Of a DNA stretch of 64,000 nt, positions 55,823-64,000 are shown piece by piece. The position numbers and the translations under genes were made by a program. The notes under the pieces are model-generated. The model was not told the origin of the DNA. It did no database searches and worked only from the letters and a program-made list of their open reading frames with translations. How positions within the stretch are numbered: the stretch's first letter is position 1; each line of letters opens with the position of its first letter. The stretch is from Candidatus Bathyarchaeota archaeon (GTDB lineage Archaea; Thermoproteota; Bathyarchaeia; TCS64): positions 10,181-74,180 of the forward strand of contig JADHWM010000001.1 of NCBI GenBank assembly GCA_016783485.1, in the 5' to 3' direction.

Positions 55823-56734
55823 TTAAAAGAAGACGAGAGCAACCGAGCTTGCGGCGATCAGGGCTATCCCCACAAGCTCCTTCCGTGTATACCGCTCCCT
55901 GAAGAGCTGGGTCGAGACCAGCATCGCGAAGACGAACTCGACCTGCCCGAAGGCCCTGACGTAGGAGGCCTGCTCCAGGGTCATCGCGGTGAACCAGCCC
56001 ACCGAGCCCAGCATGCTGGTGGCCCCGATGAACGTGCCGATCTTCAGTTTCCCCCGCATCGCGGTGAACTGCTCCCGATCCCTGACCGCGACGATGACGC
56101 CTAGCAGGACCGTCTCGATGGCGATAATAGTGACCAGGGTGAGAGCAGCCGTCGCGAGATAGTTCGGGTCTCCCAGGGAGAGACTCGCCCTGCGGAGGGA
56201 GAGGGCCGCTAGAGCGAAGCCTAGGCCCGACGCTACTCCCATGCCGGCTATGGGCGTGAACAGCTGCCCCAGGAGCCCGCCCTCTACTTTGTTCCCCTGG
56301 GCCACGGTGATAAGCACGACCCCGACGATGCTCGTGGAGATGGCCGCCCATCCTGGCAGAGAGACGACCTCGGAGAAGAACAGGGCCCCCAAGACAGCGG
56401 TGAGGAACGCCTCTGTGCGGGCGTATGCCGTCCCTACGGTGAAATTGCGGAAGCTGAACATGCGGATCAGGAGGACGGTGCCGACTATCTGGGAGACGGC
56501 TGCGATGAACGTGAATGTGAGGAACTCGGCGTCGATGGGTGGCGGAACCCAGCCGTAGACTGTCATCAGGGCTCCCAGATACGCGAGCGCGAAGGGGAGG
56601 CCGAAGAGGAACCGAGTAAGGGTGGCCATCAGGTTGCTGACGTCCTCGGAGAGCCGTTTCTGGCCGGCGGTCCGCACGGTCTGCATCGCGGCCGCTCCCA
56701 GGGTGAGGGGGATCCAGAGCCAGCTCGCCGCCAT
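55823..56734 (-). CDS. EamA/DMT-family transporter
   Basis: About 10 TM segments in two repeats. Confidence 0.85.
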   Translation of the reverse strand: MAASWLWIPLTLGAAAMQTVRTAGQKRLSEDVSNLMATLTRFLFGLPFALAYLGALMTVYGWVPPPIDAEFLTFTFIAAVSQIVGTVLLIRMFSFRNFTVGTAYARTEAFLTAVLGALFFSEVVSLPGWAAISTSIVGVVLITVAQGNKVEGGLLGQLFTPIAGMGVASGLGFALAALSLRRASLSLGDPNYLATAALTLVTIIAIETVLLGVIVAVRDREQFTAMRGKLKIGTFIGATSMLGSVGWFTAMTLEQASYVRAFGQVEFVFAMLVSTQLFRERYTRKELVGIALIAASSVALVFF

Positions 56735-56785
56735 GTCTCGGTCAATACACCATCTGGGGTAATGAAAGTTTCCCATGCCCTGGGA

Positions 56786-57451
56786 TTATTTGGCTGAGCC
56801 CCTTACCCGGGACATGAAGGATTGAAGCTTACCCGAGTCGAGGCTCCCCCCTATCCTCACGCCGCTGCAGACGTCCACAGCATAGGGCTTTACCAACCTT
56901 AGGGCCTCGGCGACGTTCCCGGGGTTGAGCCCCCCTGCGAGGATCACCGGGACCTCCACCGCTTCCACGATCCTCCTGCTGATCTCCCAGTTGTGGGTCC
57001 TCCCGGTGCCCCCGAGTTCCACCACGGATCCTTCCTTGCTCCCGGAGTCGAGGAGAATGCCGTCCACGTATAGGGATATGGCCTCTGCCTCCTCTATCGA
57101 GTCTTCACCGTGGACGTGGATCACCCGGATGATGTCTACACCGGGGAGGGCCCTCGCTACCTCGTCGAGGTCGTCGGGATCGAGGTCGTCGCAGATCTGG
57201 ATGGCGTTGGTCCCGCATCGGCGGTGCTGCTCGATGATCTCGGAGGGGCTCCTCTTCGATGTTAGGAGGACGGAGGAGACGAAGGGCGGTATCCTCCTGG
57301 CGATATCGGTTATGAGGGATTCGGGTATCACCCCGGGCCCGCTGGGCATCTCGGAGACTAGGCCCAAGGCCGAGGCCCCGTGGTTGATCGCGATCCACGC
57401 CTCCTCGAGGCTGCAGATGCAGCAGATCTTCACCAGAGGCGTGGCATCCAT
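56786..57451 (-). CDS. trpF: Phosphoribosylanthranilate isomerase-like protein
   Basis: VKICCI, LLDS, GGTGRTHNW, LAGGLNP.NV, VDVCSGV. Confidence 0.85.
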   Translation of the reverse strand: MDATPLVKICCICSLEEAWIAINHGASALGLVSEMPSGPGVIPESLITDIARRIPPFVSSVLLTSKRSPSEIIEQHRRCGTNAIQICDDLDPDDLDEVARALPGVDIIRVIHVHGEDSIEEAEAISLYVDGILLDSGSKEGSVVELGGTGRTHNWEISRRIVEAVEVPVILAGGLNPGNVAEALRLVKPYAVDVCSGVRIGGSLDSGKLQSFMSRVRGSAK

Positions 57452-57629
57452 CTTGGAACCCCTCACACGTCTCTCGTCATAGGGAATAAATGTTTCCAGA
57501 ATGGGGGTGGGCGCTACTCTCGGCTCTGGTGGCCCCGGTGGTTCTGGGAGAGCATGCCCCAATAGAGGTAGGGCAGGGCCTCCTTGGATCCCGTTTGGAC
57601 CCTGTAGACGCCGCAGCTCTCCCTGAGGC

Positions 57630-58607
57630 TCAGGCCCCTAGCTCCTCCATTACCTCGTCCACTGTCTTCAGATCGAAGCCTTTGAGGGAAGCCTGGCCGC
57701 TGATCACCTTGTAGGAGGCGACGCAGCGCTTCGAGACCTCCCGGACGACCGGAGCGGGGATAACTGGGGGCGTACCGTCCCCTGTGTAGCCTATCCGCCT
57801 GAGACACTCCCTGAGGAACTCCTTGTCGAGGCAGGTCGCCTCCTGGCCCCTCCCGGGCTCGTAGAACTCCTGGGCCCAGTAGCGGGCGGAGTCGTGAGTG
57901 GGGGGCTCGTCTATCTGGATGAGGCCCCCGTCGAGCCTCCCGAACTCGAGCTTAAAGTCGGGGATGATAAAGCCCCGGCTCTTCGCGGTCTCCCTGTAAT
58001 AGGAGAAGAGTTTGTGGGTGGCCTCCTCGAGCTGATCCCACTCGTCCCGTGTGACGAGTCCCTGCGCAATGGCCTGACCCCTGCTGATCTCCAGGTCGTG
58101 GCCCACATCGCTCTTGGTGGTGGGGGTGATGATGACCTCGGGGAGCTCCTCCGCCATCACGAGGCCGTCGGGGAGATCCACGCCGCTCACCGTCCTGGCC
58201 CCGTCCCGGTAGGCCCTCCAGGCCGAGCCGTAGAGGTAGGCCCTGCATACCCACTCGACGTCGATGCGCTCCGCCTTGGTGACCCGCATGCTGCGGCCGT
58301 CCACCAGCTCCTTGAAGTGGTTGGGGAAGACGTCGCCCGTTTTCTGGAACCAGTAGACGCTGAGGGCGTGGAGGCTCCTCCCCTTATGGGGGATGACGTT
58401 GGGGAAGACCACGTCGAAGGCGGAGATCCGGTCGCTCGTGACGATGAGCAGCTCCGCGCCCAGGTCGTAAACGTCCCTGATCTTGCCCCTCCTCGGGGTG
58501 TTCTCGTCGCCGAAGACATCTGAGGACTGGAGGACCTCGACCATGCCGTCTCCCATGGGGTCGGGTACCATGTATGAGCCCTTCTCGGGGTTTCCGTCGT
58601 TCTTCAA
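57630..58607 (-). CDS. purC: SAICAR synthase
   Basis: GKIRDVY, SDRISAFD, TPTTK, DFKLEFG, DE..T.DSARYW, DKEFLR. Confidence 0.95.
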   Translation of the reverse strand: MKNDGNPEKGSYMVPDPMGDGMVEVLQSSDVFGDENTPRRGKIRDVYDLGAELLIVTSDRISAFDVVFPNVIPHKGRSLHALSVYWFQKTGDVFPNHFKELVDGRSMRVTKAERIDVEWVCRAYLYGSAWRAYRDGARTVSGVDLPDGLVMAEELPEVIITPTTKSDVGHDLEISRGQAIAQGLVTRDEWDQLEEATHKLFSYYRETAKSRGFIIPDFKLEFGRLDGGLIQIDEPPTHDSARYWAQEFYEPGRGQEATCLDKEFLRECLRRIGYTGDGTPPVIPAPVVREVSKRCVASYKVISGQASLKGFDLKTVDEVMEELGA

Positions 58608-58795
58608 TGTGTCACGGACTCCTCGAATTGAACGCTTTATGTAATATGTCGCTATATTTCAAGTTTCTTTTAACAGGAAGACACCATTTTTAATGGAAAC
58701 GGCGAAAAACGGGGGATCCCAGGACTCACGATCACGATAAATGGGGCACCACCATGAGATTTAAGCCGGACACGGCATATAGGGAGGCGGTGGCT

Positions 58796-59395
58796 TTGGT
58801 CTCCAGCAGGCTCAAGAAAAAGTTCGAGGAGATAGTTGGCCGGGGAGTGGGCCCCCTAGCCTCCATGGGCTTGACTCCCAACGCCCTCACGGTGCTGGGC
58901 CTGCTGGCGTCGACGGGCTCGGCCTGGGCATATCTCAATTGGAGGACGGACCGGATCTACCTAGTGGTTGCAGCATTCCTCATCCTGCTCTCGGGGCTCC
59001 TGGACGCCTTCGACGGTGTCCTCGCCCGGAAGACTGGGAAGGTCACGAGGTTCGGGGGGTTCTTCGACTCCGTGGCGGACAGGTACTCCGACGCGGTGGT
59101 CCTCGGAGCCATCATCGTCTCGGGGCTCTGCGACCCCCTCTGGGGGATGGCGGCCCTCATCGGCTCCCTCATGGTTAGCTATGCGAGGGCCCGGGCCGAG
59201 GCTGCGGGGGTTGTGATGATCGCGGTGGGTTTCGCCGAGAGGGCTGAGAGAATGATCTTGCTGGTAGCTGTGACCTTGGGAGCCTACTATCGGATCGAGG
59301 TGCTGGGCTACGGGATAATGGTTCTAGCTCTGATTGCGAACCTGACTGTTATCCAGAGGGTGGCTCACTTCATGGGCGAAGTGAGAGAGGACTAG
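58796..59395 (+). CDS. CDP-alcohol phosphatidyltransferase (archaetidylinositol-phosphate synthase-like)
   Basis: TPNALT, DAFDGVLAR...GGFFDSVADR, SYARARAE; start revised to TTG after a GGGAGG SD. Confidence 0.9.
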   Translation: MVSSRLKKKFEEIVGRGVGPLASMGLTPNALTVLGLLASTGSAWAYLNWRTDRIYLVVAAFLILLSGLLDAFDGVLARKTGKVTRFGGFFDSVADRYSDAVVLGAIIVSGLCDPLWGMAALIGSLMVSYARARAEAAGVVMIAVGFAERAERMILLVAVTLGAYYRIEVLGYGIMVLALIANLTVIQRVAHFMGEVRED

Positions 59396-59700
59396 TAATT
59401 CTTTCTTCTTCTCCCTGCTCGCCTGGGGACGGTCTTCCTCTCTTCTTTTCCCCTGATCTTGACGACTCCCCTGTGGATTGCGCAGCTGATGCAGAGGGTT
59501 TTGGTCGTCTGGTATCTGGCGATCTGGGCTCCGCTTTCCCTGAGCTCTTTGAGCATCCTAGGCTCGACGAGGGATGTGTACTTGGTGACCCTCTTCGCCT
59601 TGTCTCTGGGGACCTGGGCCCCGCAGAAACTGCACTGTGTCATGCCCGATCGGCCCTTTCCTCCCTTGGAACGTCCCCCACTGCTTCTCTTCTTGGGCAT
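59392..59700 (-). CDS. rps26e: 30S ribosomal protein eS26
   Basis: MPKKRSSGGR, CSFCG..VPRDKAK, CISCAIH. Confidence 0.96.
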   Translation of the reverse strand: MPKKRSSGGRSKGGKGRSGMTQCSFCGAQVPRDKAKRVTKYTSLVEPRMLKELRESGAQIARYQTTKTLCISCAIHRGVVKIRGKEERKTVPRRAGRRRKNY

Positions 59701-59774
59701 CCGAATCTCGTGGGATTAGAGCGGAGCCTACTATTAAATGCTGGGGAAAACTCCCGAGCCCGGGATGCGAATGC

Positions 59775-60410
59775 TCAGACGAAGAAGGCGGCGATGAGGC
59801 CCTCGACGACATCCCCGTAGACGGCTCCGGCGACCCTCTCGTTCCCCGCATCGGTGAGGTGAACACCGTCGCTGGAGTATCGCCCCTCGAGCCTCCCCTC
59901 ATCGTCGGAGGTCGCAGCATATAGATCGGCGAAGAGGATGGAGTCCTCGGAGCAGTGTTCCCGGATCAACTCGTTGAGGCGCCTGATCCGTGATATCATG
60001 GCGTCGAAACCCGTCACGGATGTGAGGGTGCAGGCGATGGGTTCGGCACCGATCTCGGATGTCTCGACGTAGAGGGCTTTCAGGTTCTCCATGATGCCCT
60101 CGGGGGGGAAGCCACCGTAGAGGTCGTTGATCCCCCCCCAGACTATGACATAGTCGGGGTCGAGGGGGGCCACCCGGGTGTCGAGTCTCTGCAGCATCCC
60201 TCTCGTCGAGTCCCCGTTCACCCCGAAGTTCACGAACTGCACCGAGACATCCTCGATGCCCCGTCTCGACAGCTCCGTGACGACCAAGTTGTCGAGGTAG
60301 GAAGTGTAGGGTATGCCGGGGCCCATGGGTCGGAAGGGTTCGTAGGGCACGAATCCCCCGGTGAGGCTGTCCCCGAGGGCGGCGAAGACGAGGCTGACGG
60401 TCACGGCCAT
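59775..60410 (-). CDS. SGNH/GDSL hydrolase
   Basis: GDSLT, GVNG, GGIND, DGVH. Confidence 0.9.
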   Translation of the reverse strand: MAVTVSLVFAALGDSLTGGFVPYEPFRPMGPGIPYTSYLDNLVVTELSRRGIEDVSVQFVNFGVNGDSTRGMLQRLDTRVAPLDPDYVIVWGGINDLYGGFPPEGIMENLKALYVETSEIGAEPIACTLTSVTGFDAMISRIRRLNELIREHCSEDSILFADLYAATSDDEGRLEGRYSSDGVHLTDAGNERVAGAVYGDVVEGLIAAFFV

Positions 60411-60524
60411 ACCTCTGGATATCCTTGAGGGGTTATGGGGGTTTCGCCTCGACGGTGTTAAATAACCAAGTGTGAAGATTTTGATCGGTGTTTTGAGACG
60501 TCGAATGATTCGGTCGTCGAGGAG

Positions 60525-62153
60525 CTGGGAGCAGACCTGATTCTGGTCAACGGAAAGGTCGTGTCGGTTGACCCTGAGGAGACCGTCGCCGAAGCGGTCG
60601 CAGTCAGAGCTGGGAAGATTCTCAGGGTAGGCTCCAACGAGGAGATCGATGCGCTCGCAAAGAGCTCTGCAAAGGTCATCGACCTCGGGGGGAGGACCCT
60701 GCTCCCCGGGTTCGTGGACAGCCACGAGCACGTGATGAGGAGGGGGCTGATGATGGACTGGGTCAACTGCAGGTCGCCCCCCGTGGAGACGATACAGGAC
60801 ATCATCGACGGGTTGGCCTCCAAGGCGGCCGGGAAGCCCGAGGGGGAGTGGGTTGTGGGGAGCTGGTTCGACGAGACGAAGCTCTCCGATGGGCGTTGGC
60901 CCACCCGGTACGACCTCGACGAGGCCTCGGACAGGCACCCCATCTACCTGGGAAGGGCAGGGGGGCACACCGCGGTCGCGAACAGCCTAGCCCTCGAGGC
61001 GACGGGGATAACCAAGGACACTCCCCAGCCTGAGGGGGGGCACATCGGGATGGACGAGTCGGGGGAGCCCACGGGGCGCCTCGACGAGATAGCGGCGATG
61101 AACATGGTCCGGGGCAGGATACCGCAGCCTGACGCCGAGGAGACGGTGAGGCTCATGGTGGAGAACTGGTCCACCATCGAGGAGATGCTGCTGAGCTGGG
61201 GAATCACCACGGTCCACGAAGCCCACATCAAGGCCCCGGAGGCCCTCGCCTACCAGGAGCTCGACCGCGTAGGGAGGATGCGGACCAGGGTGGGGCTCAT
61301 GCTCGACGGGATGGCCCCCTACAAAGGCTACGCGACCGGCGACCTCGCCCGCCAGGGCTTGAGGACGGGCTTCGGATGGAGTGATAGGCTCTACGTAATC
61401 GGGGTCAAGATCGGTGTCGATGGCGCGATGGGGTCTCTTACGGCTTCCCTCCGGGAGCCCTACGCGAACGACCCGGAGAACTACGGTATCAACAGGGTGA
61501 CCCAGGAGGAGCTCACCCGGGAGACGGTGGAGCTCCACGGGGCGGGGAATCGTGCCTGCATCCACGCCATCGGGGACTGGGCCATCGACATCGCCCTCAA
61601 CGCCGTCGAGGAGGCTGTGGATAGCGCCCCCCGGGAGGATCACCGCCACAGGATCGAGCACGCCGGCTACGTGAGGCCCGACCAGTTGGAGAGGATGGCG
61701 AGGCTGGGGGTCGCGGTCTCCGCCTCGATAGGCTTCTGCCACCCCATCGGGGACAGCCACATCGCCGCCCTAGGCGAGGATAGGCTCTGCGGATACTACC
61801 CCATGAAGAGTTTCCAGGAGCACGGGATCGTGGCCGGGGGGAACAGCGACGGATTCGGGGAGAACTGGCCCATCACGGGGATCGCCGGGTGCGTCACCCG
61901 GAGGTCCTCCGGCGGGGAGTATCTCTGCAGGGAGCAGGCCATCTCCGTCATGGACGCCATCAGGGCCTACACGGTGAACGGGGCTTTCCTCGAGGGGACG
62001 GAGGACGAGAAGGGCTCCCTGAAGCCGGGGAAGCTCGCGGACATGGTGGTCCTGGACAGGGACATCCTCACCGTCGACCCCCTGGACATAGTCAACACCA
62101 GGGTGCTGATGACCGTCGTGGGCGGCGAGGTCGTCTACGAGAGGGACTCGTAG
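60525..62153 (+). CDS. Amidohydrolase-3 (YtcJ-like) protein, probable CTG start
   Basis: ADLILVNGKV (upstream of the track start), PGFVDSHEH, HAIGD, RIEH, GKLADMVVLD. Confidence 0.88.
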   Translation: MGADLILVNGKVVSVDPEETVAEAVAVRAGKILRVGSNEEIDALAKSSAKVIDLGGRTLLPGFVDSHEHVMRRGLMMDWVNCRSPPVETIQDIIDGLASKAAGKPEGEWVVGSWFDETKLSDGRWPTRYDLDEASDRHPIYLGRAGGHTAVANSLALEATGITKDTPQPEGGHIGMDESGEPTGRLDEIAAMNMVRGRIPQPDAEETVRLMVENWSTIEEMLLSWGITTVHEAHIKAPEALAYQELDRVGRMRTRVGLMLDGMAPYKGYATGDLARQGLRTGFGWSDRLYVIGVKIGVDGAMGSLTASLREPYANDPENYGINRVTQEELTRETVELHGAGNRACIHAIGDWAIDIALNAVEEAVDSAPREDHRHRIEHAGYVRPDQLERMARLGVAVSASIGFCHPIGDSHIAALGEDRLCGYYPMKSFQEHGIVAGGNSDGFGENWPITGIAGCVTRRSSGGEYLCREQAISVMDAIRAYTVNGAFLEGTEDEKGSLKPGKLADMVVLDRDILTVDPLDIVNTRVLMTVVGGEVVYERDS

Positions 62154-62584
62154 AGCCGCCGCAGCTCCTCGACGTAGCCCGGGTCCAGTCCGTGGGCCTC
62201 GGCTCCCTCGAGCATGAGCGCGATGTAGCCCTTGGCGGGGGTGAAGGGGCCGTCGGGCTCCACGACCCGGTACAGGTCCGCCTCGTGCCACTCCCCGTCC
62301 TCCCCGAGGACCAGGAAGGTCTCCCGGGAGTAGAGGCCCTGGGGGACGCTCTCCACCTCGTCGAGGTCGACCATCTCGTCCTCGGGGACATCGTATATGG
62401 CGCCCCGGACCATGTCTCCGGGGCTGGGCATGATGCTGCTGATGCCCCCTTGTCGCTTCTGGGAGTAGAACCTGAACTCGATCCGGAAGTTGGGTAGGTA
62501 GGCTTTCATGACGAACTTGGCGCTGGGGCAGTAGCCCTTGAGGAAGGTGGGGGACAGGTTCGAGCCGTATGCGTAGTGGAGCAT
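62135..62584 (-). CDS. Gamma-glutamylcyclotransferase-family protein
   Basis: YAYGSNL, LDEVE, Y...M..GA..HGL...Y. Confidence 0.88.
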   Translation of the reverse strand: MLHYAYGSNLSPTFLKGYCPSAKFVMKAYLPNFRIEFRFYSQKRQGGISSIMPSPGDMVRGAIYDVPEDEMVDLDEVESVPQGLYSRETFLVLGEDGEWHEADLYRVVEPDGPFTPAKGYIALMLEGAEAHGLDPGYVEELRRLYESLS

Positions 62585-62637
62585 GACCCTCGAGTTAGAG
62601 TGACAGAAGTGGAGATAAAAGGCTGTGCTGCTGAGTC

Positions 62638-63249
62638 TCAGCTCTCGAGGAGCTTCAAAGCGGCCGACTTGGCCGCCATCTCGGCGAGGATGGGATCGTC
62701 GGACGAGCCGATGATTATAGCGTCCCCCGGGCTGGGCCCCAGCTCCTCCATGATGAAGTTGCGGACAGACTCGGCGAGGGGCTCCTCCATGCCGGGCATC
62801 CTGAGTCCCCGATGGTCGAGGACGAGGGTCGTGGCCCCCGAGGCCCCCGCTATGATCGCGGCGTCCCGCTGCTCGATGCCGCCTTTGACTTTCGAGGCCG
62901 CCCCCCTTATGAGCACCGCGTAGTTGATGGGGCCGACGGTGATGGGGAGGGCCGGGAGGCTGCACCCCCAGAATATATCCCCCAGCGCTTCCAGTGCTGC
63001 CTCCCCGTATCTGGTGAGGCGCATCCCTCCCCGGCTGGTCTCGACGAGGCCCAGGGCCTTCATCCTGCCCACGAGGGTCCTCATGGTCCCCTCCCCCAGC
63101 CCCAGCTCCCTGGAAAGCTGCTGGCGCCCTATTCCCAGGCCCGAGCCTATGGCCTCTAGCCCCATGAGGGCGTGGGCCTCGGTGTAGGCGGGGGGGCGCC
63201 CGGGTGCCACCTTCCCCGAGATCTCCCTGAGGATGCTGAGGGCGTCTAA
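62638..63249 (-). CDS. HTH + DUF4443-type archaeal regulator-like protein (start uncertain)
   Basis: IGRQQLSRELGLGEGTMRT HTH; EQRDAAIIAGASGATT. Confidence 0.75.
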   Translation of the reverse strand, partial: LDALSILREISGKVAPGRPPAYTEAHALMGLEAIGSGLGIGRQQLSRELGLGEGTMRTLVGRMKALGLVETSRGGMRLTRYGEAALEALGDIFWGCSLPALPITVGPINYAVLIRGAASKVKGGIEQRDAAIIAGASGATTLVLDHRGLRMPGMEEPLAESVRNFIMEELGPSPGDAIIIGSSDDPILAEMAAKSAALKLLES

Positions 63250-63523
63250 TTCTATTCTCTCCTAGGTTGTCCTCGGATGTCTATTACGGTTCCAGGTTGA
63301 ATAAAGGATTAGACGGAGGTGTGCTCCCATGCCACCACGTCGCCGTCGTGTTGGACCCAGAAAAGGCGCCACCAGAGGAGGGGACGGCTGTCGTGGAGGA
63401 GTACAGCCCGGCCTGCGAGATGATCAGGGGGCACGGGGAGGCGTCTCCCCCGGTGCTGCTGTTAGAGGCTTATATCTGATTAGAGATCGAATATAGTTCA
63501 TATCGATTGGAGGAGGGTTCCCG

Positions 63524-63901
63524 TTGATCGACTACTTCCCGGCCCCCGACGTGAGGAAGAGGATCGAGGAGATAGTGGAGCTCCTCAGGTTCGAGCACGT
63601 CGACCTAGACAACCTCCACTGCGTCAGGAGCAGGGGCTCCAAGGCGAAGAGGACCATCGCCAGGATCCACGGAAGGAGCAGGATCTGGCAGGCGGTGGGC
63701 CTCGAGCCCGCCTACGTGATCGAGATCATCGCGGAACGTTTCGACAGGCTCTCCCCGGAGGACCAGGACAGGACCCTGATCCATGAGCTTCTCCACATCC
63801 CCCACGGGTTCAAGGGGGGGTTCAGGCATCACAGGGGCTACGTCAACGACGAGACCGTGGAGACCTGGTACAGGCGGTACTGCGAGAAGAAGGACAAGTA
63901 A
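63524..63901 (+). CDS. Putative small metallopeptidase (HELLH)
   Basis: RSRGSKA..TIARIHG, LIHELLHIP..F.GG.RHH. Confidence 0.8.
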   Translation: MIDYFPAPDVRKRIEEIVELLRFEHVDLDNLHCVRSRGSKAKRTIARIHGRSRIWQAVGLEPAYVIEIIAERFDRLSPEDQDRTLIHELLHIPHGFKGGFRHHRGYVNDETVETWYRRYCEKKDK

Positions 63902-63936
63902 AACCGCTGTTAATCCAGATCATGCGTGAAGCGGGT

Positions 63937-64000
63937 CTATGTGACTGATTCTTCCCTTATCCGCTTCCTGGCGAGCTCCACGTACTCCGCGCTGTTGTCC
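63937..64000 (-). CDS. 3' end of a probable site-specific DNA methyltransferase (partial)
   Basis: DNSAEYVELARKRIREESVT*, resembling the C-terminus of N4/N6 beta-class MTases. Confidence 0.5.
   Translation of the reverse strand, partial: DNSAEYVELARKRIREESVT

Noticed and set aside
63267-63479. Short ORF(s) between the DUF4443-type and metallopeptidase genes
   Set aside because: Two competing frames and no family motifs; cannot choose or support either.
63524-64000. Prophage or defence island suggested by the small metallopeptidase and the MTase end
   Set aside because: No structural, integrase or nuclease genes are visible, composition is host-like, and only 21 codons of the MTase-like gene are in the window.

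Overview
Archaeal chromosomal segment, GC-rich apart from a visibly AT-richer patch at ~2.3-5.0 kb. It most likely comes from a TACK archaeon such as Bathyarchaeia; this is an inference from eS26, Rpo10, Pop5/Rpp30, mer, Hel308, NreA, archaeal MAT, a CdvA-like protein and an intron-containing tRNA. It is mostly housekeeping: the rpoN-rps2-MEMO1-mvk-ipk-idi2-GGPPS cluster, metF-metV convergent with mer, coaBC, Hel308, nth, core MetE-like plus MAT, thyX, purSLQ/purE/purC, and peptide/amino-acid catabolism genes. I saw no CRISPR array, transposase or integrase. The most notable observations are: (1) an unannotated dual-guide C/D box sRNA whose guides match 23S rRNA helix 69 and the adjacent helix 70/71 region; (2) genes whose conserved N-termini lack any ATG/GTG/TTG, implying CTG starts or mvk-ipk stop readthrough; (3) an ArsR-controlled module with two proteins sharing an MscL-like EIRDxLK tail, next to an extra-long bactofilin-like beta-helix gene; (4) a two-gene ThyX; (5) an ArcE (arginine synthetase)-like gene near an arginine deiminase-superfamily gene; (6) a HEXXH-less HtpX homolog and several gene remnants. 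All family calls come from recognising motifs by eye; no searches were run.
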